Source: Candidatus Sysuiplasmataceae archaeon
GTDB lineage: Archaea; Thermoplasmatota; Thermoplasmata; Sysuiplasmatales; Sysuiplasmataceae
Length of the DNA: 64,000 nucleotides
Direction of reading: 5' to 3'
NCBI GenBank assembly: GCA_046706185.1
Contig: JBJKPR010000053.1
Location: forward strand, 7,950-71,949
Shown here: positions 10,714-20,033 of the stretch, in pieces
Numbering within the stretch: position 1 is the stretch's first letter
Layout: the number at the start of each line of letters is the position of its first letter
Notes under the pieces: model-generated
The model's input: the letters and a program-made list of their open reading frames with translations, nothing else
What the model was told of the DNA's origin: nothing
Database searches by the model: none
Program-made: the position numbers and the translations under genes

Positions 10714-11274
10714 ATGTCTGATCTGAAGGGCGGTGCAGGGACGATCATCGTGGTGCTGGGTGACAGGCCGGATGGTGACACACCAACTGAGGAGATGCTG
10801 AAGAGGGTGCGGCTGGGCGTAAGGCTGGTCGCGGAGGAGGATGCTTCATTGATAATATACTCGGGCGGCAGAACGTCGGGACGGCATAGCGAGGGGTTTC
10901 TCATGCAGCAGATAGCCGAAGATGAGTTCCCCGATTTGGCAATGCCTGCTGTGATCGAGCCGAAGAGCCTTGACACCATCGGCAATGCGTACTTCACGGC
11001 AAGGGTGCTTGAGAATGTCAACTTCGAGCGGATGTTCGTGGTAACGAGCCCCTCCCATGCGACAAGGGCAGGCTTCATTTTCAACAGCGTGTTTGAAGGC
11101 AGGGCGGAAGTACGCACCTTCGGACAGGTGCCGGACAGGCCGTCCGTCAATGAGGAGGAGGCGATGGAACTCGCGCACCTCATACTGGATGGCATCGAGC
11201 CCATGGACCTCGACGCTGTCTGGAGAAGGATGAAGGATATGCATCCTTACTACATGTCCGACAATACCGAGTAG
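10714..11274 (+). CDS. DUF218 (YdcF/ElyC/SanA-like) domain protein
   Basis: 186 aa. Pattern IIVVLGDRPDG...LIIYSGG consistent with the DUF218 fold; weak recall. Confidence 0.5.
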   Translation: MSDLKGGAGTIIVVLGDRPDGDTPTEEMLKRVRLGVRLVAEEDASLIIYSGGRTSGRHSEGFLMQQIAEDEFPDLAMPAVIEPKSLDTIGNAYFTARVLENVNFERMFVVTSPSHATRAGFIFNSVFEGRAEVRTFGQVPDRPSVNEEEAMELAHLILDGIEPMDLDAVWRRMKDMHPYYMSDNTE

Positions 11275-11282
11275 AAGCGATA

Positions 11283-14200
11283 TCACCTGCTGAGCGCCCG
11301 GCCGCACTCGCACATGCCCTTTCGGGCAGCGCACTGCTCATGGTACTTGCGACCGCACGCGCAGTCGTGTGTCCTCGACCCGTCCCTGATCTTTCCCCTG
11401 CAGAATGCGCACAGGAGCACGGCACTTATCGAACTCCCGTCGATCACGAAGTTCTTCGAGGAGGAAAACGAGCCTCCGTCCACGGGGCTTGAGGCCGCCG
11501 CGCCCACTGAAACCTCTCCGTGAAGAGTTGCGGGCAGGTTCATAGTCCTGCTCTCTCCCGGCTTCAGGTTTCCCAGGTTTTCCACCTTTGTAATGGATGA
11601 GCCGCGTATGTTGACCGAACAGCTGAGCGCAACAACCCTGCCGTCGTTCCTGACAGTAATCTGGGGGCCCCACTTGCTCGGCTTCCCGTCCAGGAATAGC
11701 CTGGGCGAATAGTCGGCTTTCATCTTCTTCATCTCCTCGACAAGCCTCTCAAGCTCGTCCAGGTTTTTCTCGCTTATCTCCTTCGTGAGCCCGTTGAAGC
11801 GCAAATCATAGGAACGGACGTTAATCCCCGTCTTCCTGAGGTCGCCTGCCACCTCAGAGAACTGCCTGGAAAGGTTGCCAACCTCGACAACAATGGACTC
11901 TTTGGATGCCATGTCCTCCTCTGTACTTGTGATGAAATCAAGCGCCTCGTTGAACCTCTGGGAAGAGATGAGCTCTTCGAATTCACGCCTCAATCCATCT
12001 GTGAAATTCTGTGACAGCCCGTCGATACTGAGGGCGCTCTCAAGGCGCGACCTGAGTGCTGTCGTGACGAGAGGTGAAAGCTCATCAAATCTCCGCACGG
12101 CAAATGAATAAGCCCCTGCAGTGTCTCCGGAGGCAATCAACTCGTTGAAGTCCACCAGCTCACCGTCGTTCGGTGAAAGGCCAAGCCTCCTCGCCGCATC
12201 GCCTGCGGCATCGACAGCTGCCACCTTCGACATGCAGGCCTCATGCAGTGTTCCGTCTGCTGCGACCTCACACGCCTGTATTTTCGCCAGTCCCTCCGAC
12301 ACCTGGCCAGTGGATATAAGTTCAAGTGCATCCCTTGCCGTTGACTTGCACTCGTCCATGGGCAGACCCATGTCCTCGTAAGTGACGAGTTTGTCCTCGA
12401 GGGAAGACATCCTCTGCTTTGCCTTGTCGCTCTCCTTTGAAATATCCTCGATCAGCTGTTCAACCTCTATTCCCTTCTCGATCACAGCCTTGTAGCTCTT
12501 TGCCTCCAGGAGGTTTGAAATCGAGCTTATCTCTGAATTGAGATCTGCTGATGATATACCGTTATCAAGGAGCGATGCGGACCTCTTCCTGAGCACCTCA
12601 AGTGTCCTCCTTGCCATCTCCTCCTGGAGTGAGAGCCGTTCAGCCATGTTCTTGAGAGTTATCAGGGTGTCTGCGGCATCTACGTCACCGCGAGCGATGA
12701 CGCCCGTTGAACTTTCAAGCTGTGTGGTAATGCTGCCAAGCTCATCGTTCCCGATGCTGGAGTATATCTGCTGAGTGTATTTCTCCAGAAGCTGCGAGCC
12801 TCTTGACTTTAGCCTTTCCGTGCACGACTCAATGCACTTCTGTGCGGTCTGCATTGCAAGGAGATGCTGGTCATTCTTCAGCAGGTTCTTTGACTGTCTC
12901 AGCAGGTTGACTATGCCCGAATCAAGCAGATTGAGTTCGTCCAGCTTCGTGACGAGAGAGTCCGCATTCTCAATCATCTCGATCGCCTCGTTGACAGAGT
13001 TCCTGACGAGATTGAGCTCATCCCCGGCAAGGCTGAGGCTGTTCAAACACTGGGAGAACTGGCCTGCCGAGAGGAAGTCCCTGGCTCTTTCCAGCCTTGA
13101 TTCCACCACATTGGTGTCAAGACCGTCAATCTCTGCCTTTGCGCTCTCGGACGCAATGCCGTTGATTCTCTCCATAAGCGACGAGCTGACTTCCGAGGAG
13201 ACGTCCTTCAGCAGGTACCTTGAGGCAACGAGTGCATCGTAGTGCTTCCTCTCCTTCATCAGCTCGAGCAGTTCCTCCTTCCGCTGTTCCAGGGCGTCCA
13301 TCTGAAGGCCCATCTCTCTGCCCACCGACAGAATGCCCTTCAGCTCGATAATTTCCTTGGCCGCAAGGTTCGCAGCCATGCTCTTCTCTTCGAGCATAAG
13401 CGCCTGCGATATCTCCCTCTTCGCCTGTGGGTAGTCGTACCTCTTCAGCGATGCTTTTGCTTCAAGCAGAAGCTTCTGCACCTCTGCAACATTTGCGCTG
13501 CCCTTTCTTGCCTCCCCCATCAGCCTCTCCGCCTTGGAAAGGTCCGATTCTATGTCCTCGACATGTCGAAGCTTCTTCTGAATCTCGTCCCTTGCAAGGG
13601 TGACCATCCTCGAGGCTGCCTCGAAGTCTTCGAATTTGAGCGCAGCGCGCGCCCGACCTATGATTGTGTAGCCGTATCCGATCTCGACTCTCTTGCGCCT
13701 GCATGTGGACACCATGTCCATCAGGGATGACATCTCCTTGACGAAGTAGTCGTTGAGGAGGTTGTACAGTATGTCATGTGCCTCCCCCGCCGTATTGAGG
13801 GCAGACTCAGTGTCTATGTCTGCATTCCTTTCGGCCGCATCAAGCATGTTCACCGCCGAGCTGCTGCTGACTTCCGGTACAACTGTCAGGAGCCTCTTAG
13901 CCCGCTGGATAAGCGAATGGACCCGGTAGACGTTTCCGTTTGTGGCCCAGTCGACTATATCCTTGGCAACGGATGCGGCGCGGTAGCTCTCACCCTTCGA
14001 TTCGAACTGCCTGACTGCATCAAGCATCTTCCCAAGCCTTTCCTTCATGAGGCCCGTGCTGGATCCAACGGCAACGCTTGCCTTCGTGGACCACGAGTGG
14101 TCGAGCTCCTTCAGCCTGTTCTCCACTTCTCTTTCAAGCTCAGCGCTTATAGCAAGTGACTTGGCAAACTCTGCATTCTTGACAAGGGAGACCGCGGAAC

Positions 14201-15680
14201 TCAGGCGCCTGTTTATATCCAGGGTTTCGGCACCCAGGTACTCGAGTGCGCTGATGCTCCTGTCCAGCGCGTCAATCTGCCCTGTAGCGAAGTTCTCCAG
14301 CAGTGTATCTATGGCCTTCAGAAGCGGCCGTGAATCGGCGAGGAATGACTCGAATTCCTTGTTTTCATATTCCCTCTTTGCCTCAGTGTACCGGATGCTT
14401 ATGTCCACTGAATTCGAGACAAGGGAGACGAGGGCCTGAAATTCCGTGTCGAGCTTCTTCATCGTCTCCTCGGCATCCGTTGTGACTGTCGAGAGGCGCA
14501 TCGCCTCCCTGTTTGCAAGCTCCGCAGCCTCAATCGCCTCGCGGTAGCGCCTCTTTTTCATCAGCTCCCTTACTTCATTCAGATGGTTGTTCACGGGAGT
14601 GAGGTCCAGGCCGCTCTTGAGTGCCATTGTTATGTACTTTTTTCCGCTGAAAAGTATTCTGGCTATGTAATCGTACTTTGCCTTCTCGAGCCTTGACTCG
14701 AGCTCCCTGAGGCCGTCATGCCCGACCTCGAAATCACCTGATTCGACCTTTTGTTCTATGTCCTTGATGGAATTTGCTGCGTAGGAAATGAAACTCGGGG
14801 GCAGCGTCCTGTCATTGAGGTCCCCCCTTATTGTCTTGAGTCTAATCTCAAATGCCCTGTTCAGCCTCCTGTCAAGTTCCGAGTTGAGTGAGTCCACTAC
14901 CTTCTGCATCTCGCCGAATTTCTGTTCCGACGGCGAATGCTTGATCTGCTCGAGCCTCTCCCTGTAGTTCCCGACCCCCAGGCCGAACATCTTGGACAGC
15001 TCAATCTTCTGAGAGAGCCTTCTCACCTCCTCATCAACCTTGGAGCGCATCTGCCTGTTGATCAGCGTGCCTGCCTGCTCGAGGAGCCTGAAGGCATTTT
15101 CGACGTTGTTTGCGGTAATCTCGGTCCTTGCGTCTGAGAGTGCCCTCTCCACCCCGTCGACGTCACCGCAGTACACTTTGGCTGCCATGAATGCCTTCTG
15201 CACCGCCGAAAATTCGTGTGAGAATGTCTCCGCCAGCGTCTTCTCCTCCTTCTGCCATATGGCGGTCAGGGAAGACTCGGCTTCTTCGTACCTGCCTTCC
15301 CCGAGGAGCTTGCGGACGCCCTCCAGGGCAGACTGAAGTGCAGCCGTTTCAGAGCCGCGTCCGGAGAGGAAGTTCATCATGCTTGATGTGGAGTCCATCC
15401 TTGAGGAAAACATGACTTCGATATCATGCTTCAACCCCTCGCCAGTCTGCAGAGCGGTTGCAATGCAATCCCTGAACTCCCTGGCTTCGTAGAATTCCCT
15501 TGCCTTCTTCAGCCCTAGCTCTGGGACTTCGGTGGGAAGGCCGAGGGCTCTCGCTAGCTCTATCCTCTTTTCCAGGTCTCTGAGCCCGGATTCAGCTTCC
15601 TCCTTTTCCTGGGCAAGTTCGCGTGCCTTTTCAGCAAGCTGTTTGCCCAGCTTCATGCTGCCGAAGTAATTGCCCGTCAA
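11283..15680 (-). CDS. giant (~1465 aa) cytoplasmic alpha-helical repeat protein with C-terminal beta-rich segment and Cys/His zinc-binding cluster; function unknown
   Basis: Single uninterrupted ORF. No TM segment, signal peptide or nucleotide-binding motif seen. Recurrent degenerate units of the type (R/K)(Y/F)xEAxxxLxxAxx...GL. C-terminus CAFCRGKI...HDCACGRKYHEQCAARKGMCECG. Confidence 0.7.
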   Translation of the reverse strand: MTGNYFGSMKLGKQLAEKARELAQEKEEAESGLRDLEKRIELARALGLPTEVPELGLKKAREFYEAREFRDCIATALQTGEGLKHDIEVMFSSRMDSTSSMMNFLSGRGSETAALQSALEGVRKLLGEGRYEEAESSLTAIWQKEEKTLAETFSHEFSAVQKAFMAAKVYCGDVDGVERALSDARTEITANNVENAFRLLEQAGTLINRQMRSKVDEEVRRLSQKIELSKMFGLGVGNYRERLEQIKHSPSEQKFGEMQKVVDSLNSELDRRLNRAFEIRLKTIRGDLNDRTLPPSFISYAANSIKDIEQKVESGDFEVGHDGLRELESRLEKAKYDYIARILFSGKKYITMALKSGLDLTPVNNHLNEVRELMKKRRYREAIEAAELANREAMRLSTVTTDAEETMKKLDTEFQALVSLVSNSVDISIRYTEAKREYENKEFESFLADSRPLLKAIDTLLENFATGQIDALDRSISALEYLGAETLDINRRLSSAVSLVKNAEFAKSLAISAELEREVENRLKELDHSWSTKASVAVGSSTGLMKERLGKMLDAVRQFESKGESYRAASVAKDIVDWATNGNVYRVHSLIQRAKRLLTVVPEVSSSSAVNMLDAAERNADIDTESALNTAGEAHDILYNLLNDYFVKEMSSLMDMVSTCRRKRVEIGYGYTIIGRARAALKFEDFEAASRMVTLARDEIQKKLRHVEDIESDLSKAERLMGEARKGSANVAEVQKLLLEAKASLKRYDYPQAKREISQALMLEEKSMAANLAAKEIIELKGILSVGREMGLQMDALEQRKEELLELMKERKHYDALVASRYLLKDVSSEVSSSLMERINGIASESAKAEIDGLDTNVVESRLERARDFLSAGQFSQCLNSLSLAGDELNLVRNSVNEAIEMIENADSLVTKLDELNLLDSGIVNLLRQSKNLLKNDQHLLAMQTAQKCIESCTERLKSRGSQLLEKYTQQIYSSIGNDELGSITTQLESSTGVIARGDVDAADTLITLKNMAERLSLQEEMARRTLEVLRKRSASLLDNGISSADLNSEISSISNLLEAKSYKAVIEKGIEVEQLIEDISKESDKAKQRMSSLEDKLVTYEDMGLPMDECKSTARDALELISTGQVSEGLAKIQACEVAADGTLHEACMSKVAAVDAAGDAARRLGLSPNDGELVDFNELIASGDTAGAYSFAVRRFDELSPLVTTALRSRLESALSIDGLSQNFTDGLRREFEELISSQRFNEALDFITSTEEDMASKESIVVEVGNLSRQFSEVAGDLRKTGINVRSYDLRFNGLTKEISEKNLDELERLVEEMKKMKADYSPRLFLDGKPSKWGPQITVRNDGRVVALSCSVNIRGSSITKVENLGNLKPGESRTMNLPATLHGEVSVGAAASSPVDGGSFSSSKNFVIDGSSISAVLLCAFCRGKIRDGSRTHDCACGRKYHEQCAARKGMCECGRALSR

Positions 15681-15842
15681 CCCTGCTCACCGGTTCCTAA
15701 TGCGCTACTCATTAATACACAGTTTGATTTTATGACAAATTGAAGTCCTCCTGGCATCTAATAAACGTGATGTTCCGGTTTCCCTAAATGATTTTGACAG
15801 ACAGAACAAAGATTAATCACAGCCTCTGTGCATTACGCACCC

Positions 15843-16682
15843 ATGGGATCGGATGCACGTGCTCAAAGAATTCCGACGGGGGTGGCCGACTTCGACTCCA
15901 TTCTCGGTGGCGGGCTGCCTCCCGGTTCGGTTGTTCTTCTGCTAGGGGATGTAGGAAGCGGCTTTGTCGAGTTTGCCTATACGTCGGCTGCCAAGATCTC
16001 AATGGCGAAGGACAGGCCTGAATCTGTTGCATTCCTGATGGGCGACAGGGCGGCAGAGGGAAAGCTGCCTGAGAAGATACATTACGCGACGTTCTTCAAG
16101 CCCAAAGAGGAAATCCTTCAGGAGATAATGTTCTCATTCAACGACGATTTCCACACCGCTTTCAGAAAGAACGTTGAATTCACCGATCTTTCACGCTACT
16201 ACTTCGAAAAATCTGTCGTGCCTGCTTCCTGGATAGGTGACGGAAATGGCTTCCTTCTGAACAGGAAAGGGGATACAATAAACTCTTTTGTGGAGTTCCT
16301 GGAGAGGAGTGCGAAGGAGAGCCTCGTCATAGTGGATTCGCTTACAGACCTGGTGGTGAGCGAATCTGTCAACCTGATGGACATAGTGTCTATGCTGCGC
16401 GGCATGCAGAGAATGGCCAAGAAGTGGAAGGGAATCATATATCTCCTTCTCACCTCCGGTATACTTGACAAGAGGAAGGAGCAGATGATCATCGACAGCG
16501 TCGATGGCGTCCTTGTATTCGAGTGGAGCAGGCATGCTTCAAGCAGCAAGAGACAGCGTTACATTTACATTGCAAAGTTCGTCAGCCTGATGCCCCACCT
16601 TGACGAGCAGAGAATCGCACGCTTCGCGACAACACTGACGTCGCAGAGCGGGCTCGTGGTCATAGACACGGAGAGGATCTGA
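15843..16682 (+). CDS. KaiC/RecA-like ATPase-fold protein with degenerate Walker A (probable pseudo-ATPase)
   Basis: The ORF opens with GTG at 15828. The ATG at 15843 gives a KaiC-like N-terminus (RIPTGVADFDSILGGGLPPGS). The P-loop position reads GDVGSGFVEF, with no GK[ST]. Walker-B-like IVDSLTDL is retained. Confidence 0.65.
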   Translation: MGSDARAQRIPTGVADFDSILGGGLPPGSVVLLLGDVGSGFVEFAYTSAAKISMAKDRPESVAFLMGDRAAEGKLPEKIHYATFFKPKEEILQEIMFSFNDDFHTAFRKNVEFTDLSRYYFEKSVVPASWIGDGNGFLLNRKGDTINSFVEFLERSAKESLVIVDSLTDLVVSESVNLMDIVSMLRGMQRMAKKWKGIIYLLLTSGILDKRKEQMIIDSVDGVLVFEWSRHASSSKRQRYIYIAKFVSLMPHLDEQRIARFATTLTSQSGLVVIDTERI

Positions 16683-17386
16683 TGGAATCAGAAGGTGTCT
16701 TTGAAACAGGAATATCGGGCCTCGACGAAATGCTCGGCGGAGGTTTTCCTGCCCGTTCGGTGGTTGTCGTCCTTGGGTCGTTTGGAACTGGCAAAACAAC
16801 AATGAGCATGCAGTTCATTCTCAAGGGCCTGGAAAAAGGCGAGAAATGCATCTTCATATCGCTTGAGGAGGATGAGAAGTCAGTCATAAGGAACGCAAAG
16901 TCGTTCGGCTGGGAGCTTCAGAAGCACATAGACAGCGGGAACCTCGTCCTAATGAGGCTGGAGCCCACGAATGCAAGAACTTCTGTCGAGAGGATAAGGA
17001 GCGAACTTCCAGATTTCATAAGGCAGTACGGCGCATCAAGGGTGGCGCTGGATTCTGTTTCCCTCCTGTCAATGCTGTACGATACTGACAGCGACAAGAG
17101 AAGCGGTCTTTTCAACCTCTGCAGGCTTATCAGAGAAAGCGGTGCTGGTGCACTACTGACTTCCGAGGTGAACGAGAACCACCCTGTGTCGTCAAGGGAC
17201 GGCATGGTGGAATACACTTCGGACGGTGTCATCCTACTTCAGTCGGTTGAGTCGAGCGATGCATCGGAGCAGCAACTCACAATAAGGGTTGTCAAGATGC
17301 GGGGCGTCCAGCATTCGAGGAGGATAAGGCCATACAGCATCACAAAGGGAGGGATAGTGGTGCACTCGGGCTCCGAGGTGTTCTGA
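16682..17386 (+). CDS. KaiC-like RecA-superfamily ATPase (single domain)
   Basis: 234 aa. GISGLDEMLGGGFP, then canonical Walker A GSFGTGKTT and Walker B VALDSVS. Start overlaps the upstream stop by 1 nt. Confidence 0.8.
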   Translation: MESEGVFETGISGLDEMLGGGFPARSVVVVLGSFGTGKTTMSMQFILKGLEKGEKCIFISLEEDEKSVIRNAKSFGWELQKHIDSGNLVLMRLEPTNARTSVERIRSELPDFIRQYGASRVALDSVSLLSMLYDTDSDKRSGLFNLCRLIRESGAGALLTSEVNENHPVSSRDGMVEYTSDGVILLQSVESSDASEQQLTIRVVKMRGVQHSRRIRPYSITKGGIVVHSGSEVF

Positions 17387-17428
17387 GGGCGGCGCACGGC
17401 ATTAACGATATATCGCTGTTGTGCGTAG

Positions 17429-18037
17429 ATGCCCCTCATGTCGGAGCTACCGCCGGGACAGTTCTGGGGACACAGGTTTGTGATATACACGATAAACGGA
17501 GTTCCGGAGGTGCAGGAGAAGGATTACGTCTTTGACCTTTTCGGACTGGTGGGCAGCAAGGTCTCACTCTCGTACACGGACCTTGAGAAGCTTGCGGGGG
17601 GGAGCCTGCGAGCTGACTTCCACTGTGTGACAAAGTGGAGCATCAGAGACTGCGAGTGGGGAGGTGTCCCTTTTGCGGTTCTGGCAGAGCGTGCGGGCAC
17701 AAAAGAGGGCGTTTCCTTTGCATACGCCTATTCGCTCGACGGCTACACCACTGTAATCCCCTTCGAAAACATGAGCGATGCCTTCCTTGCACTCACGCTC
17801 AACGGGGAAAAGCTGAGCGCGGAACAGGGAGCCCCAGTAAGGCTTGTTGTTCCTTCGCTCTACGGGTGGAAAAGCGCGAAGTGGCTGAATGCAATAGAGC
17901 TTATCGACGACTACAGGGACGGCTACTGGGAAGAGAGGGGATACCACGAAAGGGGAGATTTCAGGACAGAGGAGCGGTTCAAGAACCCGCTTGCAAGGTT
18001 CATACACAAGAAGGTTGCGCCGCAGCGTGGAAGGTAG
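17429..18037 (+). CDS. sulfite-oxidase-family molybdopterin oxidoreductase catalytic subunit (YedY/MsrP-like, short form)
   Basis: 202 aa. HCVTKWS motif and GWKSAKWL region of the molybdopterin-binding oxidoreductase domain. Confidence 0.7.
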   Translation: MPLMSELPPGQFWGHRFVIYTINGVPEVQEKDYVFDLFGLVGSKVSLSYTDLEKLAGGSLRADFHCVTKWSIRDCEWGGVPFAVLAERAGTKEGVSFAYAYSLDGYTTVIPFENMSDAFLALTLNGEKLSAEQGAPVRLVVPSLYGWKSAKWLNAIELIDDYRDGYWEERGYHERGDFRTEERFKNPLARFIHKKVAPQRGR

Positions 18038-18073
18038 GCCGGGGTTTTAATCCGATGAATTAATCTACCATCA

Positions 18074-19024
18074 ATGAACCTGAAACGCTCACCTGAAGGG
18101 GACCTGGGGATTGTCGCATTGGGCGAACCGATGGCTGAATTCTCGGGCGCTGGCGGAGGGAGCTATGAGCTCAGCTTCAGCGGCGACCCGGTGAACGTCG
18201 CTGTATCTGCGGCCAGGCTTGGAACCGACTCTGCGATAATAGGAGCGGTGGGGGATGACTACTTCGGCAGAGCCCTGATAGGTCACCTTGCGAAGGAGGG
18301 GGTGAAGACAGACGGCATCTCAATCGACGGTGATGGCTTCACAGGACTGTACTTCATAACTCTGCTCGGAAAAGGGGATCATGAATTCACATACTACAGG
18401 AAGGGAAGCAGCGCCAGCAGGCTCAGGCTGGATGAAAGCCAGCTCGGGATTGCAGGGAGCGGAAAGGTGTTCCATTTCAGCGGCATTTCGCAGGCCGTAG
18501 GAAGAGAGGCAAGGATCAGCGCAAGGAGGGCCGCCAGGCTAGCGCACGAGGCAGGAGCGATTGTGAGCTATGATATCAATTTCAGGCCGCGGCTCTGGGA
18601 CAGGAAGGATGCCGTCACTGCAATGGAGGAGGTCGCGGACTACGTCGACATTATATTCGCTTCCACCGAAGACTGGAAACTGCTTCATGGAAGGAATGAG
18701 GCAGAAGGTGCGATAGCGGAAGCACTCAGCAGAAAAGGGTATGGCAGCGTGATTGTGAAGGCCGGGTCAAGGGGCTCGTTCGGTATGGAAGGGGGCAGGA
18801 GGTTCAAGCAGAGAAGCTATCCGGTCAATGCAGTGGATGCAACAGGGGCCGGCGACGCATACGACGCAGGTTTCCTGTGCGGAATGCTTTCAGGCCTTGA
18901 ATTTCAGGCATCGATGAAATACGCCTCGATGAACGCGGCACTCAAATGCACAATGAAGGGAGGCATACGAGGGCTGCCTACAAGGAGGAGGCTGGAATCA
19001 GCGATAAGGCAACAGTCGCGGTAA
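18074..19024 (+). CDS. PfkB-family sugar kinase (ribokinase/2-keto-3-deoxygluconate kinase-like)
   Basis: 316 aa. N-terminal GG region. C-terminal DATGAGDAYDAGF anion-hole/catalytic motif. Confidence 0.8.
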   Translation: MNLKRSPEGDLGIVALGEPMAEFSGAGGGSYELSFSGDPVNVAVSAARLGTDSAIIGAVGDDYFGRALIGHLAKEGVKTDGISIDGDGFTGLYFITLLGKGDHEFTYYRKGSSASRLRLDESQLGIAGSGKVFHFSGISQAVGREARISARRAARLAHEAGAIVSYDINFRPRLWDRKDAVTAMEEVADYVDIIFASTEDWKLLHGRNEAEGAIAEALSRKGYGSVIVKAGSRGSFGMEGGRRFKQRSYPVNAVDATGAGDAYDAGFLCGMLSGLEFQASMKYASMNAALKCTMKGGIRGLPTRRRLESAIRQQSR

Positions 19025-19351
19025 AAAATGCGGCCCGGAGGAGACCAGGCCGCGGGGATGGGCTGTGCGTTGATCTTCAGGCGAACGACAGGCTGCAGCC
19101 GTAAAGCCTGTAGATGTCTTCCCAGCTGCAGTCGTCATATTCCTCGTCATGGTCAATGATTTCAGCCGTTTCTTCCACGAAGGATAGGACCGCAGTCGTG
19201 TATTTAAAGGAGAACGGGGGGAGGTCGCCGGAAACATACGGCCCCTGCCAGGCGCCCGTCCCCTCTGGAAACGGGGCGGCTGGAACCGCTCCTGGTCAAG
19301 CACGGCAGGAGTTGAGAAACGTTTTTAGCCTAAGTATCCTAAGGGAATAAC

Positions 19352-20032
19352 GTGGCCAAGAAGAAAAAGGTCGAAGAGGAGCCGGAATTTGTCCCTCCCG
19401 AATTCGACGAGAAGGAATTCATCCGGAAGGATCTTGCGGACAGCAAGATCGTCATTATCACGACAATCTTCGGCATCATAGTTGGAGCGGCTGCTGCTGC
19501 CGCAACAATCTACGTAAGCAGCATACTGGGCTTCCTCATAATCGTCGCTATGACGTACGGCCTTTTCAAGCTCCTCTTCAGGGCGCTCAAGGTCGACATC
19601 TCGGCATATCAGAGGAAGGATTACCTGTACAAGGGAGGCACATATTTCATAACGGCGGTGGCGCTCTGGATACTTCTCCTGAACCCCCCCTTTGCGTTTG
19701 CCACCCCGCCTTCGGTGAGCGGCCCTGACGCCGTGCAGATGTACCAGCTGACAGGTGGAACCTGGCAGAGGGTCCCGCTCAATACAACGCCCACGATCTC
19801 TGCCGGCCAGGTGAACATAACGGCACACGTACTTTCCATCGGTTCAACACAGGCGACCATTTACATAATACACAATTCAGCATCATTTTCGGCTCAGATG
19901 TCACCTGTTTCAGAGTACAACTTCCAGTACCATGCCAACGTGACCTCGGGCTCATACTCCTTCTACATAATAGCCAGGTCAGGCTCCGGCCAGCAGGCCG
20001 AGAGTTCAACGTTCGACTTCTCAGTGGCATGA
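19352..20032 (+). CDS. hypothetical membrane protein (Lys/Glu-rich N-terminus, two TM helices, Ser/Thr-rich beta-rich C-terminal domain)
   Basis: 226-aa ORF. Hydrophobic segments IVIITTIFGIIVGAAAAAATIYV and ITAVALWILLL. No recognisable motif. Confidence 0.4.
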   Translation: MAKKKKVEEEPEFVPPEFDEKEFIRKDLADSKIVIITTIFGIIVGAAAAAATIYVSSILGFLIIVAMTYGLFKLLFRALKVDISAYQRKDYLYKGGTYFITAVALWILLLNPPFAFATPPSVSGPDAVQMYQLTGGTWQRVPLNTTPTISAGQVNITAHVLSIGSTQATIYIIHNSASFSAQMSPVSEYNFQYHANVTSGSYSFYIIARSGSGQQAESSTFDFSVA

Positions 20033-20033
20033 A

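Noticed and set aside
11314-15415. Numerous 60-160-aa ORFs on both strands inside the giant gene
   Set aside because: All are short and overlapping, with no motifs. The single 4.4-kb frame is far more likely the real gene.
19078-19328. Minus-strand frame encoding an acidic tail ...DHDEEYDDCSWEDIYRLYGCSLSFA in the kinase/membrane-protein intergenic region
   Set aside because: No ATG. Only a possible TTG start. No recognisable family. GC-rich spacer, likely non-coding.
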